Assembly (NCBI GenBank): GCA_000146465.1
Contig: CP001948.1
Strand: one strand, 5' to 3'
Length of the DNA: 64,000 bases
Shown here: positions 49,467 through 58,736 of the stretch, one piece after another
Numbering within the stretch: position 1 is the stretch's first letter
How the letters are laid out: each line of letters starts with the position of its first letter
Translations under genes and position numbers: made by a program
The notes under the pieces: generated by a model
Databases searched by the model: none
What the model was told of the DNA's origin: nothing
The model's input: only the letters and a program-made list of their open reading frames with translations

Positions 49467-52331
49467 TTAAACTACAGATTGTAGAGGCGTTCCTTCTCGA
49501 CTTCTTGCGGCAGTGCTAAGAGATACAATCTCTATATCACTCACCAATGGCCCCAGCTTCTGGACAATATCGCCTATAACTTCATCATCCGAAACCAACA
49601 TGCTTTCATTAGGGATTTTCTTTTCCTTTATCTTCTCTACAATCCTATCGATTTCCCGGCTCTTGCTCTTTTCTCCAACACTCATCGTTTGTGGATATGC
49701 CGAGGAAGTCGATGAACTGTAAAAAGTAGTGGTTTCTTCCTCCAGATCTGATTCCAAAAGCGGCTTCTGTGTGGTAGAACTTTCTATATTTGTTGTTGAA
49801 GAAAAGACTTCGCTTGGCTCCACAGTCTTAGTAGAAACATTATTTCCACTATATATGGCCGATTTTGATACTACAGAGGATATTCTTCCAAGGCTAGATC
49901 CATCTTCTTTTGCAAAGCTTTTCCGGGTTTCAGCAGCTTTGAGGCTCAGTAGCTCGTTTCCTATATGGGCGACCTTACTAGAAAACTCGTTCAGTTTTTC
50001 CTCAAGTCTCTTTACATGGTCTTTGACAACGGAGTTGACAGCACTAAGATGCATGCTACTATCAAACTCTCTTATTACTGTAGTTCTTACCGTATCAGTT
50101 ACGGTTTTGTACTCTATGTCTTTCCTTCCGTTCCTTGAAAGTGTGAGAATTTCGTATTTGTAACTTTTCGGGTTGGTGGGTTTTGTAACTATACCATCTT
50201 CCTTCTCTATCGATGTTTTTTCCTTCATGAATTTGTTTCTTGAATTAGTTTTCTCTTTGCTAGAGAACTCCTTGAAAAGTGTGGCTACAGATGGAAGTGA
50301 ATGTTCTTTGTGATTCTTCTCATTTAAAGGACCAAAGTCCGAAATCGGCGAAAGAATTGGATCGATTTCATTATCGTTTCCGCTTTCCTCCCCAGAACCT
50401 CCAGCCATCCCATCTTGATTGTAAGACAGAGAAGAAATCTCTTCTATTGTATCCTTTCTATTTGGAGTTCCAAGGTTGCCGGAAGCATTTTCAATCTCAT
50501 ATGCATTATCCTTCCATCTTTTATCCAAGCCTGTAGTATAAGGCATAGGACCTAGCTTTAAACGCTTTTCAGACATTAAACGAGAGGCAATGCTCTTTTC
50601 ATAAGAGCTATCATCCTTGTATACTTCATACAGCTTCTTCAATAATTCAAAAGAGTCATCTTCATCTCTCTCTTTTTTTCTAATAGACAATATTGTATTC
50701 ATAAGATTCTTGTACTGCTCTTCGTTCGCCACAATCCTCTGATACAGATTATCCATCTTTTTTGCATAATCTTCATAAATATATATACTCGGCACTTCCT
50801 CTTTCTTGAATGAAGAGATAGAAAGGATATAAGGGCCTTTTGTCTCCACAGGGGGAACAGCCGAATTAACAATTGTGTAATCCTTAACTTTTGTACTTGT
50901 TTTGGTTATGGTGGTTGTGGTCTCCTTGGTTATTGTATTTCTGCTAGTGCTAGAGGAAAGTCTTTTGGTAAAGGCAGTGGAGTTTCCCCCCTTTAACATA
51001 TCAAAGATGCTTCTTATTAATTCCTTGGTATGGTCGTCATAGAATGAACCTCCTGCCTCTTTTACATAAGAATCTACAGACGGCAGCCTACTTGCAGTCG
51101 TTGTACGTGTTCTCTCGACAGTAGTAGTTATTGTCTGAGGATCAACGGATGTTCTTGGCTTTGAAGCTGTAACACTGGTGCTGGAGCTTGTATTTATAGG
51201 ACTACTTCCCTGTATACTGAGCAAACTCTTGATCTTCTCAAGAATTTCAATATATGCCGAACTATTTCCCACTTCTCCGAATGCTGTTTTCTCAGAACTT
51301 TTTCTTGGGTTCGTAGATAGTACTGTATCCAATTCTTGATTTTCCATCAATTCCATCTTGCTTCTTCTATTTTTCGAGTTCTCCACAAATACCGTCTTTA
51401 AAACGGTTTTTACATCATCACCCGACTCTCGATGCAAGGAGCTCCATTGCCTTGTGATCGTCCTAGTTATTAGTATGGTCTGTGTTTTAGTCTTTTTTAT
51501 AGGTTCAATACGTTCCTGATCCCTAATCTTTGTGGTTGTAGTTGTAGTTGTAGTTGTTACACTAGTCGTCTTTAAGGTAACTACAGAGACAGATCTGCTA
51601 GAATCTCTAAAGGGAGTTCCACTTCCACCATTTTGGCCCTCAGAATCAGGGACAAAATCAAAGGATTCTTTGATGAAAACAGGTACAAGATTGTTTTTCT
51701 CCAGAATTATTGGCTCGGGATGGTCGGCAGGGATTCGAGATGAAATCAAAAGAGGGTCTGTTGAATTCTGGTATCCAATAGGATATTCAGATGAGTTTTT
51801 TCCACAGATCTTTTCTATCCTAGGATTTCCCAGAACATACTCGTAAAGGGCTTTTATATCATCTCCCATTCCAAGACGTTCTTTTGTTCCATAATTTCTG
51901 ATGGCCCAACTGTGCAGATCGCAGATTCTATATGTGGATCCGTTATAAACGATGGTATTGTCATCCCCATCAAAGATTTTCTGAACAGGCTTTCTCGGTA
52001 TGGAATCGTCTTTTTCCAGAGTCATATTATTTGTATTCTTTTCGATATTCTTCTTTACAAACTTGATGAAAGGCCGTTCCTCTCGTTGCAAGATCTTTTT
52101 GATTGTCATGGCTGGAGGGCTTTTTACCTCTACGGTTCCCAGAATCTTGGTCCCTTTATTTTCAGGATTGTATACTTTAAAGCAAGAATCTCGGCACCTT
52201 TGATCATCGGATCTGCAGTTGCAGGAGATTCCCGGGACTGGATTTCCTTCGCTAGCCTGAAGAATCATAGTCTGAGCAATTACATATCCAGCTATAAGAA
52301 AACATCTGAGAAACAGCTGGGTGGCAAGCAT
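49467..52331 (-). CDS. Secreted Thr/Ser-rich mucin-like protein (954 aa) with a signal peptide and a Cys-containing N-terminal module.
   Basis: Signal peptide MLATQLFLRCFLIAGYVIAQT. CNCRSDDQRCRDSC near the N-terminus. Poly-Thr TTTTTTTTTK encoded by a (gtagtt)n-like DNA repeat near 51530-51560. Long S/T-rich tracts. Confidence 0.65.
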   Translation of the reverse strand: MLATQLFLRCFLIAGYVIAQTMILQASEGNPVPGISCNCRSDDQRCRDSCFKVYNPENKGTKILGTVEVKSPPAMTIKKILQREERPFIKFVKKNIEKNTNNMTLEKDDSIPRKPVQKIFDGDDNTIVYNGSTYRICDLHSWAIRNYGTKERLGMGDDIKALYEYVLGNPRIEKICGKNSSEYPIGYQNSTDPLLISSRIPADHPEPIILEKNNLVPVFIKESFDFVPDSEGQNGGSGTPFRDSSRSVSVVTLKTTSVTTTTTTTTTKIRDQERIEPIKKTKTQTILITRTITRQWSSLHRESGDDVKTVLKTVFVENSKNRRSKMELMENQELDTVLSTNPRKSSEKTAFGEVGNSSAYIEILEKIKSLLSIQGSSPINTSSSTSVTASKPRTSVDPQTITTTVERTRTTTASRLPSVDSYVKEAGGSFYDDHTKELIRSIFDMLKGGNSTAFTKRLSSSTSRNTITKETTTTITKTSTKVKDYTIVNSAVPPVETKGPYILSISSFKKEEVPSIYIYEDYAKKMDNLYQRIVANEEQYKNLMNTILSIRKKERDEDDSFELLKKLYEVYKDDSSYEKSIASRLMSEKRLKLGPMPYTTGLDKRWKDNAYEIENASGNLGTPNRKDTIEEISSLSYNQDGMAGGSGEESGNDNEIDPILSPISDFGPLNEKNHKEHSLPSVATLFKEFSSKEKTNSRNKFMKEKTSIEKEDGIVTKPTNPKSYKYEILTLSRNGRKDIEYKTVTDTVRTTVIREFDSSMHLSAVNSVVKDHVKRLEEKLNEFSSKVAHIGNELLSLKAAETRKSFAKEDGSSLGRISSVVSKSAIYSGNNVSTKTVEPSEVFSSTTNIESSTTQKPLLESDLEEETTTFYSSSTSSAYPQTMSVGEKSKSREIDRIVEKIKEKKIPNESMLVSDDEVIGDIVQKLGPLVSDIEIVSLSTAARSREGTPLQSVV

Positions 52332-52532
52332 ATATATAGTCTTTTGTTTACTCTGTTCTTCTCATGGTTTTATTTTGTTTCACATGCAATGGATACTTGC
52401 AGAAAGTAAACCATGAGTGAATAAATAAAGAAGCTTTTAATGAGTTGCATTTCTCTGAACACTCTCCTTTAAATTCGGATGGGCCATTCTTCATTGTACC
52501 GAAGTCATTGATATATAAATAAAGATAAAACA

Positions 52533-53804
52533 TTGTTTTGGGTTCTCTATAAAAGTTCAAGTATGTTTATTTATATAATAATGAGGTGTGCTCTACTATT
52601 TTTTCTTCTTAAGTACGTCTTTTCATCGGTGGAAACTGCTTCTTCCGATCCTAAGAAGGGGGTAATGGAAAGCCCTAATCAAGAGATATCATACCGTCCA
52701 GGGGGAAGCAACGAGAAGGTTGGGGTGAAGGGAACTCAAGTAGAATCAGATGGACTGTCTCTTCGAAGACACACCGATGAGGGAGGATTGGTTGTATTTT
52801 TGGCTCCAAATCCTTACGAAGAATGGAGTTTCTCATACACTTTTACCAATGCAAAGCTTAGATTCCCACATATAGGTGGTGTGTATCTATGGTATACCTC
52901 CGAAATCCAGGACCAGGGAAGTTACAGAGGAGGCCATGACCTGTTTGAGGGAATCATGGCAGGTCTTGAGTTTAGAGGATCCCAGCCCGAGATAGTCATG
53001 GCAATAAACGATGGGAAGACCAGTCTTGTGGGTTCAGAAGAAATGACTTTGTATAGAGATACAGTAAACCCGGAAAGACTTAAGGGAGTAAAAGACATCA
53101 CGGTTAAGGTGATCTCCACACATAAGAATTTTAAAGTCGAACTATATGACGGAGACAGACTGCTATACGATAGCTTCAGGTATTACCGTAAAGGAACACT
53201 AGCAGGAATTGGATCTGGAAAGTACTTTAACATTACGTCGTTCTACGACAAAGCACCTTCTGATAGCGTTTATAAGCTCAAAGAGGCACAGCTATTTGAA
53301 AGGACAGAGACAAGTGACTACGAAGTTCATAGTATTCATGCACCGTCGGTGGACAAAACCCCAAGATCTCCAGACGGAATCATGCATGAAGATGAAGAAG
53401 TAAGACATCTTATCTCAAAGATCGAGTATCTGAATGAGTATCTCCACCTGGTAGTCGGAGAGCCTCATAACTCATCGTTTGATAAGGTTGTTCACATTCT
53501 TTCTGAACAACTCAAAGCATTTACAAAGAAGTTTGAAGATACCATCACGCCAATAAGAAGTGTAGGAGGTTCGGAGACAAAGCTTATGAATCTGAATGAA
53601 AAAATGAATGGGATTGACATAAAACTTCAGAAGATTCAAAAAGCATTTGCAGACTTGGATCATGTGGTAGGTTCTCTCAAAAATGACTACAGCCGAAGCT
53701 CGAACTTTCTTGTTTACATAATCCTAGGAGTTGGGGCTGTAGGACTAGGACTTATGGCAATGAAAGAGTATAATGCATTGAAGTTTAGGCAAAAGGCCCT
53801 CTGA
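52533..53804 (+). CDS. L-type (legume-like) lectin-domain type I membrane protein, an ERGIC-53/VIP36/Emp46-like cargo receptor.
   Basis: N-terminal signal peptide. HIGGVYLWYTSE...GGHDLFEGIMAGLEFRGSQPEIVMAINDGKT parallels the ERGIC-53 segment GADGLAIWYAE..GPVFGSADLWNGVGIFFDSFDNDGKKNNPAIVIIGNNG. Coiled-coil stalk. Single C-terminal TM VYIILGVGAVGLGLMAM with a short tail. Confidence 0.6.
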   Translation: MFWVLYKSSSMFIYIIMRCALLFFLLKYVFSSVETASSDPKKGVMESPNQEISYRPGGSNEKVGVKGTQVESDGLSLRRHTDEGGLVVFLAPNPYEEWSFSYTFTNAKLRFPHIGGVYLWYTSEIQDQGSYRGGHDLFEGIMAGLEFRGSQPEIVMAINDGKTSLVGSEEMTLYRDTVNPERLKGVKDITVKVISTHKNFKVELYDGDRLLYDSFRYYRKGTLAGIGSGKYFNITSFYDKAPSDSVYKLKEAQLFERTETSDYEVHSIHAPSVDKTPRSPDGIMHEDEEVRHLISKIEYLNEYLHLVVGEPHNSSFDKVVHILSEQLKAFTKKFEDTITPIRSVGGSETKLMNLNEKMNGIDIKLQKIQKAFADLDHVVGSLKNDYSRSSNFLVYIILGVGAVGLGLMAMKEYNALKFRQKAL

Positions 53805-53849
53805 GAAATAAATATTTCCGATCATTTTTACTGCTTTATTAAATAAATA

Positions 53850-54893
53850 ATGTGCGACTCTATCCATATGAGAAGATTCTGGGAGGAAATACAAAAACCA
53901 TATCTTGCAGTTGCACCTATGGTTGGAAACTCCGAAGAGGCTTGGCGCAGATTATCAAAGAGACATGGGGCAAATCTATTTTACACAGAGATGGTACATT
54001 GTGAATCTTTTTTACGTGGATCCAGGAACCCCGTGAAGAATCGATGGTACACAACGTCTGAGAGTGATAGGCCTCTGGTAATTCAGATATGCGGAAATTC
54101 GCCAAAGACCATGCTAGAAGCAGCTTTGATAATGCAGAACCATTGTGATGCAATTGATATCAATTTTGGATGTCCACAAAAAGTGGCTAGAAAGGGAGGT
54201 TACGGTGCATATCTGCAAGAGAACTGGGATTTGACAGAGAGGATAGTGAAGGTTTTATCTACAGGCCTTAATGTTCCTGTCTCCTGTAAGATAAGGGTGT
54301 TTGAATCGATAGAAAAGACAGTGGAATATGCAAAGATGATAGAGAAGGCTGGATGCTCTTTACTGGCAGTTCATGGTAGAACAAGAGATCAGAAGGGGCC
54401 AGCAATGGGGCTTGCGAGCTGGGATCACATCAAGGCAGTAAAAGAAAACCTAAAAATTCCTGTCCTTTCAAATGGGAACATAATGACTCATGAGGATGTC
54501 TGGAAATGCTTGGAATATACGAAGTGCGATGGAGTGATGGTTGGAGAAGCTCATCTTTACAATCCTCTTATATTCACAGGAGAAAATAAGTCATGTTTAG
54601 AGATAATTAGAGAGTATTTGGACATATGCATGGAGTCTCCTGGATGTGCAGAAACAGGGCACATCAAATCGCACATGTTTAAATTACTGCATAGTTACTT
54701 CACCATCAATCCAGAAAAACAACCTGATCTCGATTCCTGCAGCACCATAGACCAATTTTATAATCTTTATTTAAATCTCGTGAAGGAAGCGGAGTCTGCA
54801 GTAAGCAAAGAAGTATATTTAAGCATCTACAAAATGGCACCTCTTTCTATTTCTGGCGCGAGCATACATGAAAACAATAGTAAAAACAAATAA
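53850..54893 (+). CDS. tRNA-dihydrouridine synthase (second Dus paralog).
   Basis: LAVAPMVGNSEEAWR... and INFGCPQKVARKGGYGAYL containing the catalytic Cys. Confidence 0.85.
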   Translation: MCDSIHMRRFWEEIQKPYLAVAPMVGNSEEAWRRLSKRHGANLFYTEMVHCESFLRGSRNPVKNRWYTTSESDRPLVIQICGNSPKTMLEAALIMQNHCDAIDINFGCPQKVARKGGYGAYLQENWDLTERIVKVLSTGLNVPVSCKIRVFESIEKTVEYAKMIEKAGCSLLAVHGRTRDQKGPAMGLASWDHIKAVKENLKIPVLSNGNIMTHEDVWKCLEYTKCDGVMVGEAHLYNPLIFTGENKSCLEIIREYLDICMESPGCAETGHIKSHMFKLLHSYFTINPEKQPDLDSCSTIDQFYNLYLNLVKEAESAVSKEVYLSIYKMAPLSISGASIHENNSKNK

Positions 54894-54926
54894 GAAGTAT
54901 TATGTCTCTTTATTTATACCCATCAA

Positions 54927-55511
54927 ATGCTTGAAGAAGATATTATAGCTTTAATAGAGGAAGAGAAGGCCATCGAAGAAGATTTAAAAGCCTGTGAAGA
55001 AAGTCTGGAGAATATAGGAGCTCTGGCCATCCGGATACAATCGTTTTCTAGATCTGTTTCCAGTTTGGAAACAAACAACCCTGAAGTGGAACGACTATCT
55101 AAGCAAGCCGATTTGTTTAACAAGTCTATTCTGAGACTTGGAAGCCAGAGATCTAAGAAAAGAAATGAGGAAAAAGAGGAGATGGCCCGATCCAATATAA
55201 ATGTAGATAGGGAATACATGGAGAACACAAGTGTGCCCCAGCCGGTTAGTGATGATGACTTTTTTTCGTCCAGCACAAAAAGGATAAATGATGTTCTTAT
55301 GAATGCAATGGATGCATTTGAGACTGTCAAGAGGCAAAATATATATATAAACAGAACGAGCGAAAGGATAAAGACTGCACTTGAACGAATAGGCCTTAGC
55401 AAACAATTGGTTGATCAGATCGACAAAAGGTATCTATCCGACAGAGTCCTTTTCATGGGAGGAATTGTTTTACTGGTTATTATGTTTTTCCTTCTTAGGT
55501 TTTTCTTATAG
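54927..55511 (+). CDS. Tail-anchored SNARE-like protein (Qb/Qc type, Bos1/Gos1-like).
   Basis: SNARE-type heptad motif NDVLMNAMDAFETVKRQNIYINRTSERIKTALERIG about 30 aa before the C-terminal TM VLFMGGIVLLVIMFFLL. Confidence 0.55.
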   Translation: MLEEDIIALIEEEKAIEEDLKACEESLENIGALAIRIQSFSRSVSSLETNNPEVERLSKQADLFNKSILRLGSQRSKKRNEEKEEMARSNINVDREYMENTSVPQPVSDDDFFSSSTKRINDVLMNAMDAFETVKRQNIYINRTSERIKTALERIGLSKQLVDQIDKRYLSDRVLFMGGIVLLVIMFFLLRFFL

Positions 55512-55566
55512 AAGACCCTTTTGGAGAAAAGATATCGAATTTACACATTAAAATTTTCTTTTAGGG

Positions 55567-56286
55567 CTATTCTTGTGTTTTCTTCTGGCCAACGAGTCTG
55601 TCAATTCTTTGGGTTATCCTTTTTGTGTTGAATCTAAACCTGGATTTTCTCATGGCCTCAAGTAGATATGAAGCTCTTTTGAAAGCGGCTGAAACAATAG
55701 AATATCCTCTTCTATATTCCCCCTTTGTCAGCTTCTTTATCGATAACCACTTGATCTCTTCGATTTCTTTTCTCGTCTGGGCTTCAAATGGAAAGGATGG
55801 CCTGACATTGAATACAAAGTAAAGGGTAATCTTATCGAATATCGTTATTGGGAGATTACATATTTTGTTCTGCACATCGTAACCGGTTTCCTCATAAACT
55901 TCTCTGATAGCACAGCTTGTACCATCCTCATCCATGCATTTCTTTCCCTTTGGGAAGGAGTAATTCTTTGTTTTCTTCTTTTCCTTAACAGCCAGTACAT
56001 GAGAAATGTTAGAGTCCACAAGAATCGCTCCATAGACCTTTACAGACTGCCTGTATCTAACGAAGCTTTTAAGAGCCTCCTCGATGTTCACCTTGATCCC
56101 AACATGATCCAAAAGCTGGCGGCTGAAGTCTCCAAACGAGGTGTCCAAAATTTTATAGTTGTCTATCAAGAACCAATGGGCTTCCTCTACTGCAAAGAAG
56201 AGCCTCTCGACTGCATTTTTTTCCTGGTCTTCCAGACCTAGTAGGAACCTCGAGGCTATACTATCTAAAATATCTGGCGAGATCAT
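55567..56286 (-). CDS. DCP2: mRNA-decapping enzyme Dcp2 (Nudix hydrolase). Start set at the internal Met.
   Basis: Box A region LEDQEKNAVERLFFAVEEAHWF. Nudix box GKKCMDEDGTSCAIREVYEETG. The longer ORF extends to 56373. Confidence 0.75.
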   Translation of the reverse strand: MISPDILDSIASRFLLGLEDQEKNAVERLFFAVEEAHWFLIDNYKILDTSFGDFSRQLLDHVGIKVNIEEALKSFVRYRQSVKVYGAILVDSNISHVLAVKEKKKTKNYSFPKGKKCMDEDGTSCAIREVYEETGYDVQNKICNLPITIFDKITLYFVFNVRPSFPFEAQTRKEIEEIKWLSIKKLTKGEYRRGYSIVSAAFKRASYLLEAMRKSRFRFNTKRITQRIDRLVGQKKTQE

Positions 56287-56330
56287 TTGGGGCTCTGTGA
56301 ATTCTATTTTGACACAATACAAGCCCTTGG

Positions 56331-57605
56331 ATGAGTAGAGACAAATCAGAGCAGGATAATCTTCAAGACACAACTACAATAAACTTGAAGAGACGTAAAA
56401 GAGTGAAGGAAAGTAAGGCAGCTTCTAAACCTCCACAGGTATATCCTCAGATGAAGTGTAAACTAAGGTACTTGAAATTGAAGAAACTAGCTCATTTGTT
56501 GTCATTGGAGGACAGTATATTGAGCTTGTGCGAGCCTGACAAGTCCTCCGAAGGATCCAACAGCCAAAAGCATGTTGTCGAGCAACTTCGTGGGAGTCCT
56601 CTCTCTGTTGGGACACTTGAAGAGTTTATTGACGACCATCATGGAATAATTACTACTGGTGTTGGCTTGGAGTACTATGTCAATATAATGTCCTTTGTTG
56701 ACAAAGACTTGCTTGAGCCTGGATGTACTGTTCTTTTGAACTATAAAGACAACAGTGTTGTGGGAGTTCTGGAAGGAGAAATGGATCCTATGGTTAATGT
56801 AATGAAATTAGAAAAGGCACCTTCTGAGACTTACGCAGATATAGGAGGTCTTGAGGAGCAAATCCAGGAAATTAAGGAGAGTGTTGAACTTCCGCTTATT
56901 AATCCAGAGCTTTACCAGGAAATGGGGATAAAGCCCCCAAAGGGGGTAATTTTATATGGGCTTCCTGGAACAGGAAAGACTCTTCTAGCTAAGGCTGTGG
57001 CAAACCAGACGTCTGCAACCTTCCTTAGGGTTGTTGGAACAGAACTGATACAGGAGTACCTTGGAGAGGGGCCAAAGCTTGTTCGAGAACTTTTTAGGGT
57101 TGCCGACATGCATGCTCCATCGATAATCTTCATCGACGAGATAGATGCAATTGGAGGAAGAAGATACAACACATCCTCTGGGGGTAGAAGAGAGGTTCAG
57201 AGGACAATGTTAGAGCTCCTGAATCAGCTGGACGGATTTGATACTAGGAATGATATCAAGGTGATAATGGCTACTAATAAGATAGAGGCTCTTGATCCGG
57301 CTTTGATCAGGCCTGGAAGAATCGACAGAAAGATCGAATTTGGAATGCCAGACGCAGCTACAAAGAAGAAAATCTTCGATATTCACACTTCAAGAATGAC
57401 TTTGGATGAAAGTGTAAATATCGAATCTTTGATAACAAGTAAGGAGGATTTGAGTGGTGCTGACATAAAGGCTATATGCACGGAAGCTGGGATGATAGCA
57501 TTAAGAGAAAGAAGAAAAACTGTTACAATGAAAGATTTTATTTCTGCAAGAGAAAAGGTATTCTTTTCAAAACAGAAAATGGTCTCAGCCGGGCTTTATT
57601 CTTGA
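56331..57605 (+). CDS. RPT2: 26S proteasome regulatory AAA-ATPase subunit Rpt2 (S4).
   Basis: N-terminal basic region [26 protein letters not shown] matches the Rpt2 segment [27 protein letters not shown]. The AAA core ...[57 protein letters not shown]... is nearly collinear with Rpt2. Confidence 0.9.
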   Translation: MSRDKSEQDNLQDTTTINLKRRKRVKESKAASKPPQVYPQMKCKLRYLKLKKLAHLLSLEDSILSLCEPDKSSEGSNSQKHVVEQLRGSPLSVGTLEEFIDDHHGIITTGVGLEYYVNIMSFVDKDLLEPGCTVLLNYKDNSVVGVLEGEMDPMVNVMKLEKAPSETYADIGGLEEQIQEIKESVELPLINPELYQEMGIKPPKGVILYGLPGTGKTLLAKAVANQTSATFLRVVGTELIQEYLGEGPKLVRELFRVADMHAPSIIFIDEIDAIGGRRYNTSSGGRREVQRTMLELLNQLDGFDTRNDIKVIMATNKIEALDPALIRPGRIDRKIEFGMPDAATKKKIFDIHTSRMTLDESVNIESLITSKEDLSGADIKAICTEAGMIALRERRKTVTMKDFISAREKVFFSKQKMVSAGLYS

Positions 57606-57657
57606 ATAAATTGTTCCTTACCACACTCGTATTTCTCTTCTTAAGGTTGAGCTATTT

Positions 57658-57876
57658 TCAGCCGGAGCTATTCCTCTGAAACTTCTCTATTTGTTTCAGC
57701 AATAGATTGATCCTATTCCCAGTCACCGGCTGGTTTCTTCTAGTTTTCTGCATGTACAATCTCCTTTGAACGGCTTTTTGTGCTCGAATTCTTTCTATCT
57801 CTTCCTCAGTTTTTCTATTTTCTCTTTTCCGAATGGATTTGTCTTGTTTTTTTCCATCTTCTTTTCTATACTTCAT
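57658..57876 (-). CDS. Hypothetical small basic protein (72 aa).
   Basis: ORF only. Highly K/R/E-rich. Confidence 0.3.
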   Translation of the reverse strand: MKYRKEDGKKQDKSIRKRENRKTEEEIERIRAQKAVQRRLYMQKTRRNQPVTGNRINLLLKQIEKFQRNSSG

Positions 57877-57892
57877 CGAGGCTAAGAGACTA

Positions 57893-58354
57893 TTATTTTT
57901 TTATGAACCGATTAGCTTTCATTTTGGATCCAATAAATATGTACTCTATTCCATTATGAGGAATTATGAAATCAGTTGTTCCCTTTAAGTAAGTTTTTAC
58001 CGAGTTATTTTCCAGGACAACAACTATCGAATTGGCTCTTTCTTCGACTATTATTCCATGCGTTCCTCCCACAACCTTGATCTTTGCACCTGTTAGCTCA
58101 CACATGTACATTTTGTTTACAAAAGTTGATGGGCTCATTCCTCCCTTTAACTCGGATAGATACTCAGTAAACTTTTTACTTATCTCCACGAAGTCCTTAT
58201 ATCTTATTTTTTGTCTTTCAACACTTGGAATCCCTGCGGTCTGTTTCCTTTTGGAAGTTTTGACGCTTTTGTTTGCCAACGAAAATCTTTGGGAAAGAGC
58301 TCGAATGGTTTCCTTCCTCATGTACGAGCCATAATGATCCTCTACGCTAAACAT
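57893..58354 (-). CDS. RNase P/MRP protein subunit Rpp29/Pop4-like. Start set at an internal Met.
   Basis: C-terminal Rpp29 domain pattern ELTGAKIKVVGGTHGIIVEERANSIVVVLENNSVKTYLKGTTDFIIPHNGIEYIFIGSKM. The 100-aa N-terminal extension of the long ORF is low-complexity and overlaps the plus-strand ORF. Confidence 0.55.
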   Translation of the reverse strand: MFSVEDHYGSYMRKETIRALSQRFSLANKSVKTSKRKQTAGIPSVERQKIRYKDFVEISKKFTEYLSELKGGMSPSTFVNKMYMCELTGAKIKVVGGTHGIIVEERANSIVVVLENNSVKTYLKGTTDFIIPHNGIEYIFIGSKMKANRFIKK

Positions 58355-58361
58355 CTCGCCT

Positions 58362-58673
58362 TTGCCTGGGGATAGAAAATGCATCAATGTTGCATTAAGT
58401 TCCATGGAGAAGAAGAACAGAGAGCTGGCTAGAGAAAACACAGAACTCAAAAAAAAGATTACATCTATGAAGAGGATCGAGGGAGACTTACTGAAGGACA
58501 AGATAAAAAAGGAGTACTTTGGATTTAGGGTATGGAAGAGGATTTCTGGAGAGCTTGAAAAAAACATTAATATGGTTGAGAATGTACTGTCCAGTCTTAA
58601 GAACCTTAAGATGGATATTCCCAAGAACGGGCCAGAAGAGGTTTTAGGGGACAAGTCGAATCAGAAGGAATAA
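58362..58673 (+). CDS. Hypothetical small coiled-coil protein (103 aa).
   Basis: ORF with heptad-like charged sequence. Competes with the extended Pop4 ORF. Confidence 0.3.
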   Translation: MPGDRKCINVALSSMEKKNRELARENTELKKKITSMKRIEGDLLKDKIKKEYFGFRVWKRISGELEKNINMVENVLSSLKNLKMDIPKNGPEEVLGDKSNQKE

Positions 58674-58736
58674 GTCTTCCCAATGCATCTTATTGCTGGG
58701 AGTAGTAGATTTCCAACTTATTATTTCAAGCCCTAG

